Assembly (NCBI RefSeq): GCF_006345805.1 | Contig: NC_043017.1 | Location: 17,112,001-17,176,000, forward strand | Direction of reading: 5' to 3' | DNA length: 64,000 bases | Source of the DNA: Octopus sinensis | Lineage: Eukaryota | In this document: piece after piece, positions 49,170-61,641 of the stretch | Numbering within the stretch: position 1 is the first letter of the stretch | Layout of the letters: the number at the start of each line of letters is the position of its first letter | Translations under genes and position numbers: made by a program | Notes under the pieces: generated by a model | What the model saw: the letters and a program-made list of their open reading frames with translations, nothing else | Told to the model about the DNA's origin: nothing | Databases searched by the model: none

Positions 49170-49483
49170 ATCAACGTCATCACAGTGACCGACTAGGCTA
49201 TCAGATGTTGCTACACATCGCTGGTCACAATGCGCTTCGCATTGTTTTTAGCCTTCAAATGACCTTACTCCGCTGGCTAAGCGAGCAGGCCAGCAGAAGA
49301 AAGAGTGAGAGAAACTTGTGACGAAAGAGTAGAGCAGGGATCGCCCCCCCCCCTCCTGCTGGAGCCTCGTGGAGCTGTAGGTGTCTTCGCTGAATAAACA
49401 TTCACAACGCCTGGTCTGGGAATCGAAACCGTGATCTTACGACTGCGAGTCCACTGCCCTAACCACTGGGCCATTGCGCCTCC
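49170..49483 (-). mobile_element. SINE family C
   Basis: Reverse complement of the 34265 head and tail. Confidence 0.85.
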
Positions 49484-49593
49484 ACACACACACACAGACA
49501 TACATATATGCATACATACATACATACATACATACATAGAAACTTACATACATACTTACATACTTACATATATACATATATATATATATACAT

Positions 49594-49626
<33 letters not shown>

Positions 49627-49651
49627 ATATATATATATACATATATATATA

Positions 49652-49690
<39 letters not shown>

Positions 49691-49767
49691 TATATATATA
49701 TTATATATATATATATGTGTGTGTGTGTACATACGTGTATATACAAACATATATATACATATATGAA

Positions 49768-50260
49768 AAGAGCTTTCGCCACTAGCTTGATGTTGTCTCA
49801 CACTGGGGACGGATAACATTCAGAAACCTAGGTCTCTGAGTATCACATAAGGCTAGAGATAGGAGCGATGACCTCCCTTGCAAATGTTATACGGACACAA
49901 ACTGTGTGTTGACAGCCAGTTGGAAAAACTGTTTTCCGGGGGCTAAAACAACAGTAACATCATCCTATATAGGACTGCCACATTCTGTTGGCATATAAAC
50001 ATTACTATTCGGTATTGTTACTGTATATACCTCACTCAGAGATTTAAAACAAGTTGTTTTTCTCTATATGAGATCAGCAGCTGTGTGTTGCTTAAAAATA
50101 TATAGTATTTGCAAGTGGAGCGAGCTTTTGTCACTAGCTTGCGGTTGTCTCACACTGAGGACCGATAACAACCAGAAACCTAGGTCTGTGAGTATCATGT
50201 CAGGCGAGAGATGGGGGTGATGACCTCTTATGCAAATGCTATACAGACACAAACTGTGAG
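49768..50260 (+). repeat. Two ~140-bp direct repeats 352 bp apart, each with a hammerhead-like motif (49797-49840, 50149-50192)
   Basis: ctcaca-CTG(G/A)GGA-13 nt-GAAA-cctagg-TC-t(c/g)tgag in both copies. Confidence 0.75.
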
Positions 50261-50301
50261 TCGGCACACATACACACATATATATAGACATACATGCATA
50301 C

Positions 50302-50374
<73 letters not shown>

Positions 50375-50478
50375 ATATATATACACATACATATATATAT
50401 ATACACATATATACGTATATATATATTCATGTATATATATATATATACTCACATACATATTATATATATATATACATA

Positions 50479-50522
<44 letters not shown>

Positions 50523-50568
50523 GATAAATAGATAGAGCGATGCATATACATACACACACACACACACA

Positions 50569-50604
<36 letters not shown>

Positions 50605-50715
50605 TGGCCTGCTTGCTTAGCCAGCGGGGTGGCGTCATTCGAAGGCTAAAAGAATGCGAACGCATTGTGACCAGCGATGTGTAACAACATCTGATGGTCT
50701 GGTCGGTCACGTGAT

Positions 50716-50746
<31 letters not shown>

Positions 50747-50869
50747 CATGGTTATCAGGCACAAGCCGTCGATGTTACACTAGTGCTTTAAGGAAAAGTG
50801 GATTCTCGGAGATCCAGTATGGTCAAATTAATTCTAGCAATAATAGACCAGGTAAAGTAGACCTAGGAA

Positions 50870-51500
50870 AGTTTTGTGGTTTAACAACGCATTTAGTATT
50901 GCCGTAAAAACAAGTGTAGGTAGGGAATTCTTAAAATTAGTTTCTAAGCATTTCCATTCTATCCATAAGTTCTATAGAATATTTAATAGAACTCTAAAGG
51001 TTAGCGATTCTTGTTGCAAAAACTTCGCCTCTTTTATTAAACAGCATAACACGAAAATTATTGCAGACAACTACAGTGTCGAATCTAATCTGAGGAACTG
51101 CAACTTCAAAGGTAAGACTTGCTGTCCGTTGGAAGGCAAATGTCTTGAAAACGGACTTGTTTATAGAGCCAAAGTGCAAGTAGATGGCTCACAAGAATAT
51201 AAAACATATACAGAGGCTTCGGAAAATTAATTCAAGATTCGATTCTTTTCCCATCGAAATTCCTTCCGATACCCTGAGAACAGAACAGCGACTTGTCTTG
51301 CAAAGTATGTCTGGGAAATGAAAGAGAATGACACACGTCGTTTCAATGTAACCTGGGTAATTTTAGAAAAAAACATCAGCATACAGACATGGAGCTTATA
51401 AAAGACCGATGAAATGTAATCTTTGCCTCTCAGAAAAGTTCTTCATCCTATTCCAGGATAAAAATGTTTTGAACCAGAGACGTGAGCTTTAAATTCTTGC
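50870..51500 (+). pseudogene. Penelope-like C-terminal / GIY-YIG remnant
   Basis: WFN..FS..VKT.VG..FL.L..KHF...H..Y.IFNR.T.KVS.SC...CN.K..CPL.GKCL..GLVY.A.V...Y...E..FK.RF..H...CNLCL.EK. Confidence 0.88.
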
Positions 51501-51933
51501 AGGCGCCGACAAAATACCGTATGGGTAAAATGTTTTGACTTCCGGAACATTTTACTGTCATATTTGAATTTGACTTTACGCGTTATAGCTATTTTGCATT
51601 GCAATGCGAGTGCATATTTCGACTTCAATTTTAAGAAAGCCTTCGACTGTTTTACAAATTTAAGCTCAAGCTTCGCCAAGGTTTATTTTTATTGTTTTCT
51701 CACGTATTTAATTAATTATGTTATATCAAATTAATGTGCAATTTCCTTATTTTTACATTTTTATATTATATACACCGGACAGTTTTTAAAAAATTGTTTG
51801 CATATATATGTTATGATGTATATATATATTTATCTTGCTGTGAAGATATGTCTTTATATATTTAAGTGTATGTATGTATTGTAGGTATGTATATGTATGT
51901 ATGTGTGCGCGTATGCATATATGTGTGTGTATG

Positions 51934-51964
<31 letters not shown>

Positions 51965-52088
51965 ATGTATACTTATATACATATATATATATGTATACAT
52001 ATATAAATATGTATTTATATGTGTAAATACTTATATATATGTGGGGTGTATTTGCGTACATATTTTTGTATGTTTGTATGCGTATCTA

Positions 52089-52917
52089 CCGTAAATCCTT
52101 GAGTATAATACGCAGGGTATTTTTAAGGGCTATACCTCTGAAAAGCCTAAACCTTGTGTATAATACGCACCCCTTCTCTAACTTGAGTCAAGGAGGACTA
52201 TATAACGTCCTTGGTTTGTAAAAATGTATACGGTAACGTCCTTTATTATTATTATTATTATATATATAACATAATGCAAACGTGTAGCTTTTTTGTGCAT
52301 TTTGTTTGCAGAAAATAAAGAAATAACAGTAATAACGTCAGTGAAAAATAAATATTAAGTAAATTACCTTTACATATTTATCACTATCAATTACAAAGGC
52401 AAAAACATTTATTCAAATCCTTCAAATCCAACATCACTTTCAGCATCAAATAACTGTTCCATTTGTTCCTCCATAAACATGTCAGCATCATTGTAGTGTA
52501 AATCTCCGCCATCGTGCATATTTTAAGCCAGCAGCACCTAGTCGAACAAACACTTCTGCGCATGCGTAATACAATAATGATGATGTTCTTAACTGTTATA
52601 TGGGAATGTAAATATGTTTGCAAATTGTTTTTGCTACATGTTATTCTGTGTTCTGAATACTTTTATTTTAATAAATGTTGCTTACTGCAAGTTATGGATG
52701 ATTCTTTTATGACTTCATTGCTTTCAGGCTTAGCTTAAGGTATTTTCGCGCCCGACATCACAAAATGCGTCTGAATAAACATTGCCGGACAGCAAATAGA
52801 GACTCGGACATTGCTTAGAAAATAGTTTTAATTTTTAACCTCGTATATGGTACGCACTAGGGATTTTGACCTTTAAATTTTGGGGAAAAAGTGTGGATTA
52901 TACTCGAGGATTTACGG
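52089..52917 (-). mobile_element. Non-autonomous pogo/Tc1-mariner element
   Basis: TA, TIR CCGTAAATCCTTGAGTATAAT ... ATTATACTCGAGGATTTACGG, TA (20/21 match). The minus strand retains an acidic tail MEEQMEQLFDAESDVGFEGFE*. Confidence 0.85.
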
Positions 52918-53245
52918 TATATGTGTGTATATTTGTATTTATGTAGATACATATGTAATTTTGTGTGTTTTTATGGGTTCGTTGCGCAAGCCATCATGTA
53001 ACACTCTCTACCCCGATCTATTTTCCCCTTTTTCTCTCTCTAACTTTCTTTTTCTTTTATTTCTTTTTCTTCTTTTCCACTGTTTTCCTTCCTCTCCCTC
53101 AAACTATTTTCTGATTTTTTCCATCTCTTTCTTTCGCCTGTAACAACTTACTTGTATACGCCAGAAGATTTTTGCGCATGCGTGTGTGCGTGCATACCTT
53201 TACATGCATTTGTATATATATTTATGTCTTGTCTATATATGTATG

Positions 53246-53600
53246 TCATCATCATCATTGTTCGACCGTGGTCGAGACAATGGAATTTACCATGCTACGC
53301 CAGACTTCACAGTCCATCATAGCATTACGGAGGTCCTGTTGCTGGATGCCTGTATCCCTGGAGATGACATCAGTGTAGGAGAGTGTGCGCCCTCTGGTAT
53401 TGCGAGTAGATGGCTTCCAGAGGAGAAGAGTAGAAATTACCTCTTTTTCAGCTCTACAACAATGTCCAGCAAACTGGACTCTCCTACCTTTCACAAGAGA
53501 TGATACAGGTGGTAGTTTCCCATATATTTGCATTTTGGTTGGATGGCGCTTCCACGAGAGATTTTGAGCTCTCATAAGAGGGGAGTGTAGGTTCCATCCA
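53246..53600 (-). mobile_element. RTE-clade LINE 3' fragment with (TGA)n tail
   Basis: SWKRHPTK..IYGKLPPVS....RR..FAGHC.R...LLW.P....GR...Y.D.I.RDTG.....MMD...WR. Confidence 0.85.
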
Positions 53601-53893
53601 ACTGCCTCTCAAGCTTCTATGTATGTAGCTATGTACCTGCGTCTGTATGTTTAGAGTATATATATGTATACTATAAATGGCTTGGTATGTGTATGTACTA
53701 CTAAATGTATACGTAATCTAGCATGAAAAAAATTTTTTAAACGAATATAACTTTTAATTTATTAATTGATCAATATTTTACACCTAACCCCTAGATTCCG
53801 AGATCAATTCCAGGCAGTGACTGAATAATAACAACAACAACAACAACGAAAAATACTTTAGAAATGAGAACTCAGGTTCGAAATTTCCCCAAG

Positions 53894-53937
53894 ACACCTG
53901 ATGAAGGCTGGAAGGTATATCAGCCAAAACGTTGTGT
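53894..53937 (+). ncRNA. Minimal hammerhead-like motif (G12A)
   Basis: acac-CTGATGA-a-ggctg/10 nt/cagcc-AAAA-cg-TT-gtgt. Confidence 0.6.
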
Positions 53938-55164
53938 TAGCAACAAACAAGATGAGGACAAATATCCGTCAAATATAAATAATGATAAAGGTGATGATAA
54001 TTGAAATGAAAAAATCCCTGGGAAATGTTTACAACATTTCTAAAAATAGCCAGACAGTTACTGCTTTGGCCAGGGTCAAAATACAGGTCTCTTGACATGA
54101 TCAACAAAAGGTTATGCCTAAACCAAACACTAATGAACTGAAATCATTTAGTGGAGCCACACACTGATTGGTCAGAATACAGTTTGCAAAACTTAACATT
54201 CTGCAGCCTATACAAATGTATTTAAGGCACACATTTTAGCCATCTCACTACAGTTGTAAATTGTAAAACATAACTGTCACCACTACTATATGAACCTGAA
54301 GATTGCATAGTTTAATGCACAGAAGTACTAGTTTAATCAGAATGGACATTTAATATTCTATCATTTCGTTATATTATATTATATTATATTATATTATATT
54401 ATCATAAGAATGTAAATAAAACATGAAAATCAAACAAAGTTGAATTCCTTTGATTAGTATATTCTTCTATACACACCCATGTATTTATGTATGTATGTAT
54501 GTATGTATGTATGTATGTATTATGTATGTATGTATGTATGAATGTATGTATGTGTGTGTATGTGTATGTATGGATGTATAATGTATGTATGTATGTGTGT
54601 GTATGTATGTATGTATGTATGGATGGATGTATGTATGTATGTATGTATGTATGCATGCATGTATGTATGTATGTATGCATTCATGCATGCATGCATGTGT
54701 GTATCAGTGTGGTCCATGTCAATTTATACATGTATATGCAGTGAGTATAAACTGACATCTACCACAACGATCACCTTTGGGATGTATTCAAGCAGGATCA
54801 CATTCACTACACCTGTACAGCCTCACCTGTGCCTATTTTATAAAGTTGTAAGAAAACCAACGAAGGAACCAAGATTTAAATCGAACGTACAATGACCAAG
54901 TTCAGAACGGATGTTTCTATCATCCTACGTAAGCAGTTCTCATTTCAAAACAAATCATTTGTTACACTCAAACAGGAAAAATGTAGACAATATATAAAAA
55001 ACAAAACAAACAAAAAAAAATACAATTAGCAATTGGCATAAGGATATTTCAATAGGAAAAAACAAATTCAGGCTTTGTGTCAATGGACACAGTTGATTCT
55101 TGATGAATAAGATGTGAATTCTGATAAGGACCCTGCAACAACAATGACATACAATATAATACAT

Positions 55165-56021
55165 AGGCGCAGGAGTGGCTGTGTGGTAAGTAGCTTGCTA
55201 ACCAACCACACGGTTCCAGGTTCAGTCCCACTGTGTGGCAGCTTGGGCAAGTGTCTTCTACTATAGCCTCGGGCTGACCAAAGCCTTGTGAGTGGATTTG
55301 GTAGACGGAAACTGAAAGAAGCCTGTCATATATATATATATATATGACATTGTGTAAAAGGGCTTAGTAAAATAAATTACTTTGCCACATACTGAACTCA
55401 TTAGAAATAGCAGCCAAAAAAGATTTTCTAGCCATTTCTAATACTTAAAGAAAATTTCTCTCAGATAGTGTTTACTCAGAATAACCCACGAAGGTATAGG
55501 GGTAAAAACATTAAAAAATCACAAGTGCAAAGATTATTTGAGAACGTACGTTTCTAGATCAGCCAAATACAATTCGACATTTCTTTCGTCAGCCCAAAAT
55601 TTCTTAATTCGGATTTGGAAACACTGAAAGTAGGAGCATACCCTTTTGGCGACTTTTCACCCCAGAAGATCCGTTCAAACTAACAGTGCCAACAAATTCA
55701 AAATATGTAAATGGTCCCTTTACATACTGAATACTTGGTGAAATTGATTAATAACTAATTAATTTTACCCTCAATTGTTGAAATTATATATATATATGTA
55801 TATATATGTGTTTGTGTGTCTACGTTTGTCCCCCCAACATCGCTTGACAACCGATGCTGGTGTGTTTACGTTCCCGTTACTTAGCGGTTCGGCAAAAGAG
55901 ACCGATAGAATAAGTACTAGGCTTACAAAGAATAAGTCCTGGGGTCAATTTGCTCGACTAGAAAGGTGGTGCTCCAGCATAGCCGCAGTCAAATGACTGA
56001 AACAAGTAAAAGAGTAAAGAG
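55165..56021 (+). mobile_element. SINE family A split at its central (TA) tract (55165-55330 and 55800-56021) by an inserted ~440-bp repeat
   Basis: 5' half ends gaagcctgtcatatatat; 3' half resumes tatatatgtgtttgtgtgtc; the insert is related to 34531-34819. Confidence 0.75.
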
Positions 56022-56509
56022 TATGTCACAAGGACAAAAGCGTAAACCAAAGCATGTATGATATGAATTCTGTCAACTACATTTTAATTTAAAATGCTAG
56101 TGCAAAAAAAAATTACTGAAGTGGATAATTTTTAAGATGTAAACAAAGCTTGTCTGTACGAAAAGGCACTCAAGAAATAAACATTACATTGTTTTCGAAA
56201 GTAGTTAAAGGGTTCTCAGAATGACAATATACTTAAAATCCGAAACAGGACAAGGAATACAATGATAAACAATGAACAAAATGTTCGGATTAACAATCTT
56301 GATCATCATCATCATCATCATCATCATTATCAGCAACAACAACAACAGCAACAAATGTTAAACAAAGGAGAATTCATTTTTTTTTTTTTAGTGTTGAGAC
56401 AATAAACATTATGAGAGGAGAAAGACAACAATGATTAAAAGAAAGGAAGAAGCATGTTTAAAATGATTGTCAAAAAGGAATTTTGATAATAGACTTCTTT
56501 TGGCAAGAA

Positions 56510-57242
56510 GTGGCTGTGTGGTGAGTAGCTTGCTTACCAACCACATGGTCCCGGGTTCAGTCGCACTGCGTGGCATCTTGGGCAAGTGTCTTCTGCTATA
56601 GCCCCGGGCCGACCAAAGCTTTGTGAGTGGATTTGGTAGATGGAAACTGAAAGAAGCCTGTTGCATGTGTATATATGTATATGTGTATATATAGGCGCAG
56701 GAGTGGCTGTGTGGTGAGTAGCTTGCTTACCAACCACATGGTCCCGGGTTCAGTCGCACTGCGTGGCATCTTGGGCAAGTGTCTTCTACTATAGCCTCAG
56801 GCCGACCAAAGCCTTGTGAGTGGATTTGGTAGATGGAAACTGAAAGAAGCCTGTTGCATGTGTATATATGTATATGTGTATATATAGGCGCAGGAGTGGC
56901 TGTGTGGTGAGTAGCTTGCTTACCAACCACATGGTCCCGGGTTCAGTCGCACTGCGTGGCATCTTGGGCAAGTGTCTTCTACTATAGCCTCAGGCCGACC
57001 AAAGCCTTGTGAGTGGATTTGGTAGATGGAAACTGAAAGAAGCCTGTTGCATGTGTATATATGTATATGTGTATATATAGGCGCAGGAGTGTCTGTGTGG
57101 TGAGTAGCTTGCTTACGAACCACACGGTTCTGGGTTCATTCCCACTGTGTGGCACCTTGGGCAAGTGTCTTCTACTATAGCCTCAGGCCGACCAAAGCCT
57201 TGTGAGTGGATTTGGTAGACGGAAACTGAAAGAAGCCCGTCG

Positions 57243-57279
<37 letters not shown>

Positions 57280-57490
57280 ATTTGTGTGTCTGTGTTTGTC
57301 CCTCCAACATCGCTTGACAACCAATGCTGGTGTGTTTACGTCCTTGTTACTTAGCGGTTCGGCAAAAGCGACCGATAGAATAACTACTAAGCTTACAAAG
57401 AATAAGTCCCGGAGTCGATTTGCTCAACTAAAGGCGGTGCTCCATCATGGCCACAGTCACATGACTGAAACAAGTAAAAGAGAGTAAAGG
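56510..57490 (+). repeat. Head-to-tail array: three 193-bp SINE-A 5' halves plus one full SINE-A
   Basis: Units start at 56510, 56703, 56896 and 57089; the first three share private variants. Confidence 0.92.
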
Positions 57491-57653
57491 GAATAAAATC
57501 TACAACCTCATTAGCAGTCAACCATCAATAATTAAGAGGAGGATGCAAAAACACACTGCTGAAACTATGAAAGTGAAGAAGAAGGAATCTCCTATGAGGA
57601 ACATATCCAAATCCCCTGTCTGCAAGGAAGAAATTCTTTACTGGACCAATATA

Positions 57654-57887
57654 TATTTCTTTACTGCCCACAAGGGGCTAAACATAGAGGGGACAAACAA
57701 GGACAGACAAAGGAATTAAGTCGATTACATCGATCCCAGTGCGAAACTGGTACTTTATTTATCGACCCCGAAAGGATGAAAGGCAAAGTCGACCTCGGCG
57801 GAATTTGAACTCAGAATGTAACGACAGACGAAATACGGTTACGCATTTCGCCCGGTGTGCTAACGTTTCTGCCAGCTTGCCGCCCTA
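57654..57887 (-). mobile_element. tRNA-derived SINE family D with a 15-bp TSD
   Basis: TACTGGACCAATATA at 57639-57653 and 57888-57902; head gcggcaagctggcagaaacg..ctgagttcaaattcc on the minus strand. Confidence 0.9.
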
Positions 57888-57929
57888 TACTGGACCAATA
57901 TACCAATATCCTTTCCAAATTCCTGCTTA

Positions 57930-58200
57930 AATAGAATAATTAACCAAAATATTACCAATTTGGAAAAGTCTGCTCTTAAATGTCTCCAAAACAATAAAAC
58001 GATAGTTACCAAACAAATAAAGATGGTGCTATTGTCATAAAGGGGGCCGAATATTATTGGGGTGTATGAAGAACAGCTGAAGGATACAACCATACTTTGA
58101 ATGGGTTCACAAAAAGCATTTGGCAAAATGACAGCCATTTCCCTCCAATGTTTATAGATGAAATATATGAGGTTGGAAGATGTGCCTCAGATGTTTTGGG
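57930..58200 (+). pseudogene. Penelope-like pre-RT remnant
   Basis: NITNLEKSALKCLQNNKTIV..(x)KDGAIVI...YY..YEEQLKD resembles N+S..E..AL..L....IVIK.ADKG..+VI. Confidence 0.6.
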
Positions 58201-58509
58201 TCATGTGATACTGTAATCTAGGTCAGGAAATAGGACACTAAAACTCTGCTTGTGAAGACCTGTTGAGGCAAGTGAAATCAAAATCAAAATCAAATTCGAT
58301 GACTGGTGTCTGTGCTAGCAGGGTGCAAAGAGCACCATACAAGTGTGATCATTGACAGAGCGGCTAACCGGTTTCAGTGCCAGTGGCACTTAAAAGGCAC
58401 CATTCGAGCGTGATTGTTACCAGCATCGCCTTACTGGCAGCTGTGCCGTTGGCATGTGTAAAAAGATTCGAGCGAGGTCGTTGCCAGTAATGTGGCCTAA
58501 AAACAGGTT

Positions 58510-58730
58510 TGGCAACATTGGTACTCATTTGGTTCCCATGGCAACTTCACCGACTTTTTTGTAAAACTTTCCAAAAGCGGGAAACCATTTAAAGGTTAGG
58601 ATGAGTTCAGCAAACTGGGGGAGTGGTAGTGTTGGGTACAAGCTGGGGCAGCAGATTAGGAAGTGTTTAAGGGCTAATGGGCTGCCTCTGTTGTTGGTGA
58701 CCCTGTAAGGTTGTGTAATATCCATCGTGT
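58510..58730 (-). pseudogene. Penelope-like RT remnant
   Basis: MDI...Y....N..G..AL.HFL...F..FGKFY....VAMGTK. Confidence 0.6.
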
Positions 58731-59435
58731 AAAGAAGTTTTCAAGATCCAGACAGCAAAGAGAATGAGTAAAGTAGGATGAGGGCATGTTTTGTTATATT
58801 TAATATGTGAAAATAATGTATTTTGTCAAGCTGTGTAGAGAGTTCAACATGTGATTATAGCCAGAGATGATAGGGCAGGGATATTCATTATGCTAGCACC
58901 TGCCATACAAGTACCAACTATTTGATCTCTTTGCAAATCCGATAGAACTGTCATTTTAGTGAATTTTAATTACCTTTTTCTGATGATATCTGAAAAGAAA
59001 CAGCAATTTTAGCAAAATGTATTAAGCAACACTAATAATAAATCAATAAACATAAAAATAAAAAAGCTTTTGATGGTTTTATATATATAATTCTTTAGTT
59101 AAATATATTCAATAGGAATATTATATACTGAATTTACATTGAGTACTCTAATATATCAGAGTATTAATACTATTAATGTATTTATACATTTAATATGAGA
59201 GATTATATATTGTATAATATATTGTTATTAATATCAGGAAATCAATACTAGAAAATTCTTCAGAAAGATTATATACGTGTGTAGAATAATTGTTGTATTA
59301 AAAATGTAAATATATAAAATATATATATGTAAATATGTATAAATATAAATATATAATAATAAATATGACAGTTTAAAAGTTTTGAATTAAGTTTTTAAAG
59401 CATCTTACGATCGTCTCGCAGAAGTGCTATCCCTA

Positions 59436-59895
59436 TAATGGAATCCTATATTGATAAGAATTTATAGACAACACTTCTGCTCCTCAGAGATATAAAATAT
59501 GAAATTTGTATAATTTATCGAATGGTAGTTTTTTTAAAAAATATAAAATAATATTGGAAAATGGTGTTTGAAATATAAATTAAAAATTACTGCTTTTGAT
59601 TTTGGTAATTACACTTTAGTATGAGAATCTTGAAATCCATATATGCCTCCTTGGTAAGTTTTCTGCATTAATCCATAATGATTATGTATAAAATCAATTA
59701 TATTGTCCTGTATTCCAGATATAGTTCTTAGACATAGATAATATAGAATAATGGAATCCTATATTGATAAGCATTTATAAACAACTCTTCTGCTCTTCGG
59801 AAATATAAAATGTGGAATTCGTATAATTTGACGAATGGTAGTTTTTTTAAAATATGAAGTAATATGGGAAAATGGTGTTTGTTTGAAATATAAAT
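59436..59895. repeat. Diverged direct duplication of ~145 bp (59436-59580 and 59749-59895)
   Basis: ataatggaatcctatattgataag...gaatggtagtttttttaaa...ggaaaatggtgtttg in both. Confidence 0.85.
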
Positions 59896-59986
59896 GAAAA
59901 TTTATTTTCTTGTATATGGTTGGGGATCGATGAGGGGTCAAAGGTTCCATGAAGGGGTCGATGGTCTAAAACATTTGAAGACCACT

Positions 59987-60290
59987 GTGCTAGAGCATAA
60001 CAGACCAGACCTAGTGGTGGTCAACAAGATGCACCACATGTGCTATATAGTTGATGTTGGATGCCTCTTTGACCCATGAATGGTCAAGAAGGAAGGCGGA
60101 AAGGTAGATAAAGACAACCATCTTAAGTACAAAATAGCCTGGCTTTGGAAAATGAAGGTGAAGATAGTGCCAATTATTATTGGTATCAGAAGGCATCAAA
60201 AGGAAATTGGAATAGAGTGCCCAGTAGAACTGTTACAAAAGGTTTGCCTCCTTGGCATGACCAAAATAATCAGGAAAGTATTTGATAACT
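59987..60290 (+). pseudogene. RLE domain remnant of an R2/R4-like non-LTR element
   Basis: VLEHNRPDLVVVNK....YIVDVGC.FDP*..KKE..KV.K...LKY.I..LWKM.V.IVPIIIG...LQKVCLLG..KIIRKV. Confidence 0.78.
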
Positions 60291-60701
60291 GAAAAGAATG
60301 GATAGCATGGTACTGTAGGCTGCAGGTAAGACTCCAGGAGTTCCAAGAAAACCTGTGATAAAAAGAAAAATAATAATAATTATAATAATAATCAACATTC
60401 ATACATGCATCCATGCCTACACCCAGCCACACTCATGTACTGGAATATTTGTGCCTTCATTGACTTGTTTTTAGTTCTATGGTCTATTGTGTCTGGTAGC
60501 AATTTTCATCTAACTACCAGAGAGAGAGAAAGAGAGACACTGTAAGGGTTGTATTGTCCCTTGCATAAAGGTTTTGCTTTTCCATTGGCACTGGACAGAA
60601 GGAAGAGTGAAGTTTAGATGAACTCTGAACAGAAACAGCAACCAAGCAGAATGAAAGCTTGTCTTATATTGTTCTTAACCGAACTAGGTCAAGCTAGAAT
60701 A

Positions 60702-60801
60702 NNNNNNNNNNNNNNNNNNNNNNNNNNNNNNNNNNNNNNNNNNNNNNNNNNNNNNNNNNNNNNNNNNNNNNNNNNNNNNNNNNNNNNNNNNNNNNNNNNN
60801 N
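60702..60801. other. Assembly gap (100 N, probably placeholder length)
   Basis: Run of exactly 100 N. Confidence 0.99.
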
Positions 60802-61139
60802 AAAGTTTTGCGACCTTTTGACCTCTATTGACCTTTTTACAGAAGCAATTGGCTTATCATTTTCATGAACCTGTAGATCTTGACGGCAGGCACATTATAA
60901 GTAGTCATTGAAATATTTTGGTCAAGAGTTGCAAAGTTAGAGCTGTTTAAATTTTCCATACCCTTAATTTTCTGCCTCAAGCCGAAAAAGTGGGTATGGT
61001 TAAAAATTCCATGGGGTTATCTTCCGTCCCAGATTTTTGTGCTGGCAACATCAGTCTCTGACTTGTTAGACCCAGGGCTACATGAAAATACCCAAGAAGT
61101 AATCACAAGCAGGGTGCACCATGACACCCACTAGCCCAT

Positions 61140-61174
<35 letters not shown>

Positions 61175-61350
61175 CTACATCTACATAAATATAAATAAAA
61201 GAGGGCGAAACACATACACACATAGGTGTCACACATCCTTGCACGGAATTTCAAGTGCGTATATATGTGCGTATGTGAGTGTACGTGTATTGTGTGTCAT
61301 CTATGTGTGTGTTATATATGATTCTATTTCCTCGCACACACACACCACAC

Positions 61351-61383
<33 letters not shown>

Positions 61384-61641
61384 ACACATACAGCCTGTAT
61401 ATATTGAAGCATATAGCCGAAATGTATATGTGAACTTTTGATGATCTGTTTTAGCGGAAGTGTCATACTGCAGAGAAGTCTGTCAAAAAAACGGGGAACA
61501 TCGAGTGGGGTAGAGGGAGTAGAAGTTAGGGGTCCGTGTGTGTGCGCGCACGCGCATATTAGATATAAATATTTTTAAAATTTAAATTGTTTCAGCTTTA
61601 AAGTTGCGGTCATGCTGGGGCAGTACCATATATATATATAG

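Noticed and set aside
7688-57487. Recurring peptides such as MLGGQTQTHKH..., DGLLSVSVYQIHSQG..., ...DLAVFLQLDALPNANH...
   Set aside because: They are frames of SINE families A and B, not a gene family.
60618-60821. ORF spanning the N run
   Set aside because: Artefact of the assembly gap.
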